NCBI GenBank assembly: GCA_951406725.2
Contig: OX597824.1
Span: forward strand, 40,548,001 to 40,612,000
Reading direction: 5' to 3'
DNA from: Octopus vulgaris
Taxonomy: Eukaryota
Length of the DNA: 64,000 nt
A program made the translations under genes and the position numbers. A model generated the notes under the pieces. It had not been told where the DNA came from. It searched no databases and saw nothing but the letters and a program-made list of their open reading frames with translations. Shown one piece after another: positions 26,369-37,000 of this stretch. Each line of letters opens with the position of its first letter. The stretch's first letter is position 1.

Positions 26369-29300
26369 AACAGTGGTGCCCCAGCATGACTGCAGCTTTG
26401 GAGCTGAAACAATTTAAAGATATATAGCCACATACAGGCCTACATAATTTTAAGTTCACTCACACATATATTCATACACATTCACACACCCTTTCCATAT
26501 ACATGCATGTGCTTGCACATGCTAGTTTGGCCAGGATGACATGTTACTATCTCCCTTTCACTCAGCCTCTTTCTTCCAGCTATTTCATCATGTTGAACCT
26601 TTAATCCCTACACATTTTTTTCTTTCTCTGTTGTTTTGTGTTTTCTCTCCTTTTTTTCCCCTCTCAATGCTTTCCGTTGAAGAGCATAGGCTTGAAACAT
26701 CAAAGACTTTTCCATTCTTCCCAAGCATCAAATTAATACACCTGTTTGTTGTTCCTTCATCTGTCCTTGTCTTTCGTTTTCTGTAAATTTGAACTATATG
26801 TATATATATATATTTATGTAACCTTTTTGTTCAGTTTGAAATGATTTGTACAATCTAAATTCTAGTCTGGATATATTTTCATAAAAATATAATTTTTATG
26901 ATCTGTTTTGAAAGTTTCAACATGACTATTATCTCTTTTCAGTTAAATCAAGCAATGATTGTTATTCAATGTAATGTCTACTTCCTGACTACATCTTTAA
27001 CTCTATTCACTTCTTTTTTCACTTCCTGATTTTACAAAACACTCACACAAAACTACATGTTTGTGTTGTTGAATTCTTTTTCTGTTTTGTGTTATTACTT
27101 CCATTCATGTTAGTGTTGTTTAATACAGGAGTGTGTGATTGAATCAGACTATCTAAGATATTTTTGTTGTTTGAAAGAATAGGATATAATTATAAGGAGA
27201 TTTGGTTGCAATTTCTAACACAACGAGGGACCATATCAAAGCTCTATCATGAAGTGAAATAATTCAACTAATTCAGTTAATGAATAACATCAGTATTAAT
27301 GGTTTCTAATTTAGGCAGATGGAGAGAAGAGGATTAATTGATACCATCAACCCCAGTACTTGACTGGTACTTTATTTTATCAACCTTGAAAATATGAAAG
27401 AACAAGTTGACCTTGGTGGGATTTGAACCAGAAACATAAAGTGTCAAAAGAAAGACCACAAAGCATTCTTATCAATAATTTAATGATTCTGACAATCCAC
27501 TGCCCTCAGTACATCATTAATAATGCTATTTTTAACAATAATGATTTTAAAAACAGTCCTGTGACAAGATTTGTTTGATGGAAACTGAAGGAAGCCCATC
27601 ATACACACACACACATTTGTAATGTATGTGTCTATTTAAACCTTGTTAGCCTTTTGACCCCCTGCCTATCACATCTGCTGTAAGTAACTCATATCCACTC
27701 TCTGTACAAACAATTGTAATTCAGTCTATTACAAGCAGCAGCTAATTTTCCCTTATATTTCACCCAAGTATCTTACATTAGGAAAGAATATACTGGCAGT
27801 GTATATCTCACTCATTGACTTATAGTCTATGATTGATTAATGTCTCTGATTTAGAACAAGTGATTTATTAACAATTGTTTATGTCTATTCTTCTGGTTTT
27901 ATAATTTTTTTTCTCAGATGCAAGTGGAAAACATTGAAAAAAATCATACAAATAGAACAGTTCCTGTACATTCCTATGGAGGGGCAGTACCTGATCAGGA
28001 AGAATATATACTTCTTGGAAATCATGCAAAGTTTTCTGAAAATGTTGTCTACAAACAAAGGAAAAGAATGAACAATATGCTGAGCAAAAGTGCTGAAATC
28101 GAACGTGATTTTGTAAGTGTTGAAAGAAGCAAGAACTGTTTGGGAAACTTAGGTTCTTTTATCTTTTACTTGTTTCAGTCATTTGACTGTAGCCATGCTG
28201 GGGCACCACCTTGAAGGGTTTTAGTCAAACAAATTGGCCCCGGGAATTTTCTTTTGCGGCCTGGTACTTATTCTATCAGTCTCTTTTGCTGAACTGCTAT
28301 ATTACAGGGACATAAACACACCAACACCAGTTGTCAAATGGTGGTGGGGAACAAACATAGATACACATACATACACAATGGGCTTCTTTCAATTTCCATC
28401 TACTAAAGCCACTCACAAGGCTTTGGGCTTTGATCGGCCTGAGGCTACAGTAGAAGACACTTGCCCAGGGTGCCACACAGTGGAACTGAACCTGGAACCA
28501 TGTGTTAGGGAAGCAAGCATCTTACCACATAGCCACGCCTGTGCCTATGCAAGTAATATTTTCATCTCACACATATACATGCATGCACAATGGGTTTCTT
28601 TTAGTTTCCATCTACCAAATTCACTCACAAGGCTTTGGTTGGCCTGATGCTATTGTAGAAAACAGTAGCCCAAAGTCCCATGCAGTAAGACTGAACCTGA
28701 AACCATGTAGTTGGGAAGCAAACTTCTTAACCACTCACCTGTGCCTACACATACACGGTCACACTTTCTGTTACTTGTTTTCTGCCATTTTCATAAATCT
28801 ATTTACACATTACAGTTGTTATATTTCAGAAAATGTGTTTATAAATATTCAAAATTATTTGCATTTTTTTTAGGACAAAAATGAAGACCAATATCCTGCT
28901 ACAAAGGATCTAAAACCAGCTCCTGTTGTTGATACAAGCAAATTTGCAAAATCGTCTAAGGCTATAATGTTGGACAATTTGAAATCAAATGAAAAGGTAT
29001 TATTTATATGATGCTTTTCTATTAAAATTATTTGGTGTCTGTCTCTACTTCCTTCCAGGTGCAGAAACGAACTAGCTGAAATAGCAAACTTACACATAAT
29101 ACATACTGAAGCAGTGAGATAAATTGTATAATATATACTGAAAGATTCATTTGATATACTGATAGTACATCTACATTCCATTGTGTGTGTGTAGATTATA
29201 ATTATTGTCTTCTTGTCTTAACATTGCTTGATAATTGTAAACAAATGTTACCATCATGCAAGTGGTGCCTTTTGTCCTGAGTCTTCTGTCTGGTTATGGG

Positions 29301-30834
29301 AAAAGATTTCCTAACTTGAAAACAGGTGAAGGTTGCTGAAAGAAAGGGAATATGGCCATAGAAAATCTTGCCTCAACAAAATTCTATATAACCCATGAAA
29401 GCATGGAAAAGTGGATGTAAAAATGATGGTGATGATATGTGTGTATGTGTAGGTAATAATGAAGGGACGCTGAAAAATTCCTGGCTTTAAGGGTATTGCA
29501 AAAGGCCTGCTTGGAGGTCCAACTTTCCAAGGTTTTTTTTTCAGGGTTTAGAAAAGCTGAAGGAATGCTGCAATAAGTGTGTGGACCAAAAAGGGGAATA
29601 TGTTGAATAAAATCATAATTAACTGATTCTCCTGTATTTTCTTTTACCCAAAGCCAGGAACTTTTCAGCACCTCCTTATTTGTGTGTGTGTATATACACA
29701 CACACACACATATATATATGTATGTAGGTATGCATATATGTTACATGTTTTGTCTAGTTTCTTTCTATCAAATCACTCACAAGGTATTGATCAGCTTGAG
29801 GCTACAGTAGAAGACATCTAAGGTACTGTGCAGTTGGATCTTACCTGAAACTGCACACTTGCGAACTTTTTGGCCACACAGTCATACCTGCATCTTTCTT
29901 TAACTTTGTTACGCTTTCTTTTCGAAGAATTGAGAGCAGATACCTTGCATTCCATTTCATCATTAGCATCACTGTTTAATGTCCATCTTCCATGCTTTAC
30001 ATGGTTAAGACAGTTTGGTAGGTCCAAGCACTACATTGTGTTCTAGTGTCTGCTTTGGCACAGTTTTTATAGCTGACATCCTTTCCTAATGTGAACAACT
30101 TTACAACATGTACTGGATGTATTTTTCATGCCACCAACACATTTGCAATTCCATTTCATTGATAGCAGTATTTCTGTACATCAGCATTATCGTAATTAAA
30201 TTTCTTCTTTTTTTTCTTTTCACCCTTTTCAAGCCTAGCCAAGCTCATGGGCCCAGTTTCCCGGTTTCTGTGGCGTATGTGTTCCCCCCAGCTGGACGGG
30301 ACACCAGTCCATTGCAGCGTTACCCAAGAAACAGAAAGAAAGAGTGAGAGAAAGTTGGGGCAAAAGAGTACAACAGGGGTCACCTTTCCCCCCTGCCGGA
30401 GCCTTGTGGAGCTGTAGGTGTTTTCGCTCAATAAACACACACAACGCCCGGTTTGGGAATCGAAACTACGATTCTCCGACCACAAGTCTGCTGCCTTAAC
30501 CACTGGGCCATTGCACCTCCACGTAATTAAATTTACATCATTATTAATCCTTTAGTATTCAAACCAGCCACACCTGACCTGAATATCCCACCTGTTTTAT
30601 GTTCAAAATGATCAGATTGGGCCTCTCACACCAACTCTACAATATTATTCTAAAAATAAACAATCACATCATTGAAATCTTGAAGTTATGAGATAACGCT
30701 TGATTGATTCAAAACAATATGAATAAATAAGTATTATGTTTGACAAGGTAATCATTACCCCTCCCTACTCTAATTTCCCCCTTCCTATTTTTGCTCTCTT
30801 TACTCTCTCATTCTGATTCTTTTGTCATTCACTC

Positions 30835-30865
<31 letters not shown>

Positions 30866-33800
30866 TTAGCGTCCGCTTTCCATGCTAGCATGGGTTGGAC
30901 GGGTCAACTGGGGTCTGTGAAGCTGGAAGGCTTCATCAGGCCCAGTCAGATCTGGCAGTGTTTCTACGGCTGGATGCCCTTCCTAACGCCAACCACTCCG
31001 CGAGTGTAGTGGGTGTTTTTTACATGCCACCTGCACAGGTGCCAGACAGAGCTGGCGAACGGCCATGAACGGATGGTGCTTTTACGTGTCACCGGCACGG
31101 GGCCAGGCGATGCTGGCAACGGACACGAACGGATGGTGCTTTTACGTGCCACCGACACGGGGCCAGACAGAGCTGGCAAACGGCCACGAACGGACGGTGC
31201 TTTTACGTGTCACCGGCACGGGAGCCAGCCGAGGCTGGCAACGGACGCGAACGGATGGTGCTTTTACGTGCCACCGACACGGTTGCCAGACAGAGCTGGC
31301 AAACGGCCACTCTGTTTCCTAATAACACTGTTACCTTGGACAAATGGAGATGCTGTAAGATAGCAAGGATTCTTAGCCTTGTTGGGAGCAATGCAACCTT
31401 GTTCGCCACCTTTACCCTATTTTTGCACCTCATGCTCTCTTCTTTCTCTAGTTCATCTTCTGTCATTGTGTTGTCTCCTATTCACCCTCTTATTACCTTG
31501 AAAGAGTCATATTACCTTGAAAGAGTAGGCATCTGTGAGTCTCAAGAGACCATGGATCTGTGCTCAAAGAAATTGTGTCAGCTGCTGATGGTGGTGCAGA
31601 GTCTCCTGTGGCTGTAGAGACCCAAACAGGGGTGGCAGTCATGCATACAGCGACTGCATTTGAAGCAGCTCTCTACCGGCACTACTGGTTTTTATTTTTG
31701 TCAACTGCGCTTTTCTTTGGTGGCAAGTTCCTCTTTCTCTTCCCCTCGCTTCATCTTCTTTCACAGTATTTGTCTCCAGCGTGGATGATCATTTACAACC
31801 CCGTCCCATCTCAGGACGTCCAGATCTATTGATTTCATATCTCTCTTGCAGATGTCCTTGAAGTGAAGATGAAGTAATCTTCATGCTCTTGTGCCAGTGG
31901 CCAATTCCCCATACAAGAGGTCTTTTGGGCTCCTTCCATCTGGCATGCGATCTACATGACCAAGCCAGCACAGATGGCACTGCTGAAGCTGGGTGAATGA
32001 AATGGGTGTCTCGGTGTAGTTGAGGACTAGTGTTGGTGATGTGGTCAGTTTTCTTGATATCCAAGATGTGTCTCAAATTACAAGGGCAGAAGACATTGAG
32101 ATGCCACTTCTCTCAACTAGCCTTGAATGAACAGAGACAACACAAAGTTGCATGGATTCTTTAGTATTGCAGGATACACAGTAACCTCACTTGTGACAGT
32201 GCCACAATAAAATGCATCTTGTACATACTGTAACATACTTGGCAAATATAGTTTTCTTGAGGTTGTGACAATCTATCTAGTGCTGGTACTGTGATCAGAT
32301 ACATCTAGTACACTCAGTAAAGTTAGTAATTTTTCTGTGAATCTGTGAATCCCTCATGTTTAAACTCACAACCAATTATTTGATGTTCATATATTTAAGG
32401 GTGAAGAGATAATGTGTCCAGAAAAATCACCAGTCAAGAAATCTGTAATGTTTGAAACTTACTCACAAAAAAACCTTTCAGACAACGAAGAGGTTAATAA
32501 ACTTTATTTATTTATTTATTTATTTATTAATATGTAAGTTTGTAGAAACATAATTTCTTTATTGTTTCCATCCCATGTTTGTATATAGGTGCAGGCATGG
32601 CTTGCTTCCCAACCACATGGTTCCAGGTTCAATCTCACTGTGTGGCACCTTGGGCAAATGTCACTCATTTTGTGATGTAGCAGGCCTCTCGACTAATCAG
32701 AGCACACCTTACATCCAACATCCAATTCTCAGCGAAGACACTTGAAAATTGTTTTCTTCCATTTTTTTCATTTCTGTCACAAAATACACATGAAAAAGTG
32801 CTCAAAACCTTTCATTAGGAGTAATAAAAGGATTGACCACATGGACAAGAACAAGAGGCATAAATTCCATAGGAATAAACATTCAAAAAATGCCAAAAAG
32901 CAGTAATTTGATGACTTTTCTTCTCCAAGTTTATCTGCTGCAGAACTTGGCTCATCAACCAATATTGGTGAAAAGTGCTAATCAATTACATTGACCCTAG
33001 TGCACCAAAGATATTTTACTAAATTCTTCATCATTTTCAAAATCAACTGAAATAAATGCAGTGAATTTCAACAGAAATATAATAACAAATGGTGTAATGA
33101 CAATTCTAAAGTTTCTATAACTTGATAAACATATTCTTTTGATTCTGATTCAGTAGAATGATTAGAACAGTAAAAACATTTTGTGTGTGAGTGCGTGGTT
33201 ATGTGTACATTTTTCAGAATGTTGTCTTGTTAAGAACTTAAAATTCATAAGATTAAAACTTAGTATTTTTTCTGTGAGCCTACCATGTTTAAATTCATGA
33301 TTAGCTCTTTTGATACAGACGTACACAAGACCACCCTGGTTTAATACAAACGTCTTGTTTTAAACTGATCTAAATTAAAACCTTCAATCAAGATTTCACA
33401 TTAATTTATGTTCCAAACACCAGCTTAGTAACAACAAAGTTATATTACTAAATTCCAAATTAATTGTAACAACAACAGTGTATGTTGAAAGAAATATGGT
33501 AACAAAAAGGGTTACTCGTTTAATATTTATGTATTTAAGGTTGAACAAATAGTAAACTCAGTGAAATCACCAGTCAAGAAATCTGTGATATCAGAAAATT
33601 CCTCACCAAAAAAACATTCAGACAATCAGGAGGTTAGTAACCTTATTTTTAATCTCTCCTCTATCATATTTCTTACTCCCATCACTCTTGATTCTCGTCC
33701 AGTATTCCCATTTTTATCACACTCTTGCTCTGGTTCTCTTCTATCTCTGTTGACACTGTTGTTATTAACAATTGCCATCAGCTCAAGCCATATACAGTGA

Positions 33801-33977
33801 TAAAACTTCTGCTGCTTGAGTCAAAAAAAAAAATCTGTTTCTGAGTTTGATTTTCCACTGTTTGTGTGAATGTGTACGTGTGGCACCTTAGGCAAGTGTC
33901 TTCTACTATAACCTCAGGCTAACCAAAACCTTGTTAGTGGATTTAGTAGATGGAAACTGAAAGAAGTTTGTCGTATA

Positions 33978-34010
<33 letters not shown>

Positions 34011-37000
34011 GTGTGTGTGTGTGTGTTTTTTTTGTGTCTGTGCTTGTCCTGCCATCATCACTTGACAACCAGTGTTGGTGTGCTTACATCCCCATAACTT
34101 AGCAGCTTGGCAAAGAGACCAATAAAATAGGTACTAGGCTTAAGACATAAGTCCTGGGGTTGATTTGTTTGACTAAAACCCTTCAAGTCAGTGCTCCAGA
34201 ATGGCTGCAGTTAAACGACTGAAACAAATAAAAGAATATATATATGTTATACATAAATGGCAATTTCTGTCTGTCTAATCTGTCTATCTACCTGTCTGTT
34301 ACCATCTTGCTGCCTACACTGGTGAACCAATCTTGATGAAACTTTGCATACATGTTAAACTAACATCCAGTTGAATTATAGGTTAATTGGATTTCGTGCA
34401 TAGGAAAGAAGCAAAAGGAGGGTGGATTAGAGTTGTTTTTCTTTGACCATAAAATGTGAGGCTGAAAAGATAGTAGCCTAGAGCCTACAGTGCAACTGCT
34501 CAATTTGTAGAGGGTGGTACTTTCCAATATGTCAACAGGAACTTAGCCATATGTTTACAACTGCTGAAAATTTTGGATCTAGAATTCAGCAGTGTGGTAG
34601 AGTTCTTAGATCTGGAAAGGATTTGCGTTCTTTCAGTTACGCATAGCTTACATTCTTTTGATTTGTTGACATATGGTGTGGATTTTTCAACTATTTTCTA
34701 GTTTCCATTATTTATGTTATTTACATTTGACAGATATTTGTCCTGATCTTGTTTGTTGTTAACGTTTTGGCTGATGTACTCTCCTGCCTTCATCAAGTGT
34801 CCTGGGGGAATTTTGAACCTGGGTTCTCATTCTTAAGTTATTTTTCTGATATTATTGTTATTATTCAGGTCACTGCCTGGAATCGAACTCGGAATCTTGG
34901 GGTTAGTAGCCTGTGCTCTTAACCACTATGTCATATGACCGTGGGAATAATAATAATAATAACTATAATAACATCAGAAAAATGCCTTAGGAATGAGAAC
35001 CCAGGTTCAAAATTCCCCCGGAACACCTGATAAAGGCTGGAGAGTACATCAGCTGAAACGTGTTAACAACAAACAAGATGAGGACAAATATCCATCAAAT
35101 GTAAATAATGTACATAATTCCTCATCTCTCAAATATAGAACTGTATTTTCCAGTTTATCGTATGTGATATGGTGTTAGCCATCAAACCCCATACATGGCT
35201 AGCCAACTTAGTAGCTTTACTTTTGTCCTTGTGTTGGAATGAAGGTATGTGATTAGCATAGCGATTTTTGCTCACCTTTTCTTGCTTTTTCTCTTATCCT
35301 ATTGTCCTATATTTAGCTTGTTATGCCATGTGGGCAGTGTCTGAAGATTGTGCTAAGGCACCAGACATGTTAAAAATACTGTTGGTATGTTTTCATCACA
35401 TGAAACTAAAAGTAGCACAAAGAAACATATATTGTGTTTATTAAATAATAATTATATACACACATACACAATGCCTTGCATATTTATTTAGTCTTGATAT
35501 GTTCCAGTAGATTCAAATGTGAATAAGCTAACCACTGTTGTGTTTGTCACAGAAGAACACCTTTTTTATGACAAATATGTGTTCATAATACACTAAGTTC
35601 ATTAGCACATAAGATTCTTAGGACAGCCATTGTTTTGACATCTTTGTAACTTGTCAGCCAGAAGCACCCTCAGAACAATGAATTTAACAAGAGTTGATGG
35701 TCTTATTTATAATTTCAGCCAACTGTTTGCTGATCCATGCTGATATCTGCCAACTTTGTCATGTGCACAATGAGCAAAGAGATTCAAAGTGATGACTTGC
35801 ATATTTATTCTTAATATGTTCTGATTGATTTCAATGTGAATATACTAATCATTGTTGTATTCATCACAGGAGAACAGCCTGTTCTTTATGGCAAATATGT
35901 GTTTATAATGTATTCGATTCATTAGTACAAGGAATTCTGGGACAGCTGGTGTTTTGAACTGTTTTTTTGGGTGTACTCTAGGGTAAAGGAGAGAATCTTC
36001 TTGCTAAGAATTCATGTTCCTTTTGTTTAGCAAAGTGAAAGGTGTATAGTATTAAATTTCCTTATACAAGTGCAGGAGTGGCTGTGTGGTAAGTAGCTTG
36101 CTTACCAACCACAAGGTTTCAGGTTCATTCCCACCGCATGGCACCTTGGGCAAGTGTCTTCTACTATAGCCTTGTGAGTGGATTTGGTCGACGGAGACTG
36201 AAAGAAGCCTATCGTATATATGTATATAGATATGTTTGTGTGTCTGTGTTTGTCCCCCCAACATCGCTTGACAACCGATGGTGGTGTTTTTACGTCCCCC
36301 GTAACTTAGCGGTTCAGCAAGAGAGACCGATAGAATAAGTACTAGGCTTTTAAAGAATAAGTCCTGGGGCTGATTTGCTTAACTAAAGGCGATGCTCCAG
36401 CATGGCTGCAGTCAAATGACTGAAACATGTAAAAGAGAAAAAAGTATTAAATTTTCTTTCATTTAATTTTTCATTTAATCATAAGTATTTAATATATGTA
36501 GCTGCTATTTCAATTTAGCTGGATCTCATCAGTACGACTTAGTCAGTGATCTAGGTTTATTAAATGTAACATTATATTAAATTTAATTTTCAACATTATA
36601 AAAGGAGTGCAAGAGGAGTTGGAAAAAGAAGGAAGAAAGGAGAGAGAAATTCTTATGTAATTACATTTTTTAATGACAGGGAACAGAATTGACCAATTGA
36701 GAAACCAAATGTTCTTTTCACATTCATGTTTTTCCTATTCTATAGTTTTGTTTTGTTTTTTCCCCACACCAGAAATTACTTGGATTGCTCTATAGATCTG
36801 GCTTAGGTCCGCCTAGAAGTTCTGCAATAAGGTCTTCAGAATATCAGAAAAACTTCACAGCGAAGAAACCTTTGAAAACAGATTCTTTGGTACAAAAACC
36901 TAAGGTAACTTTTCCCTTATTTAAACTTGTTCAACTATTTCATTGTTTTATAGCTTTTAAATAAATCATCATCATCATCATCTTTACATCATTTTCATCA

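Noticed and set aside
31025-31312. Regularly spaced repeats resembling a CRISPR array
   Set aside because: The 'spacers' are themselves repeated, the array sits inside a SINE, the context is eukaryotic and there are no cas genes.
34866-34945. Possible tRNA genes (also about 6370-6440 and 9095-9172)
   Set aside because: No proper acceptor stem, and each continues into a repeat body; these are SINE heads.
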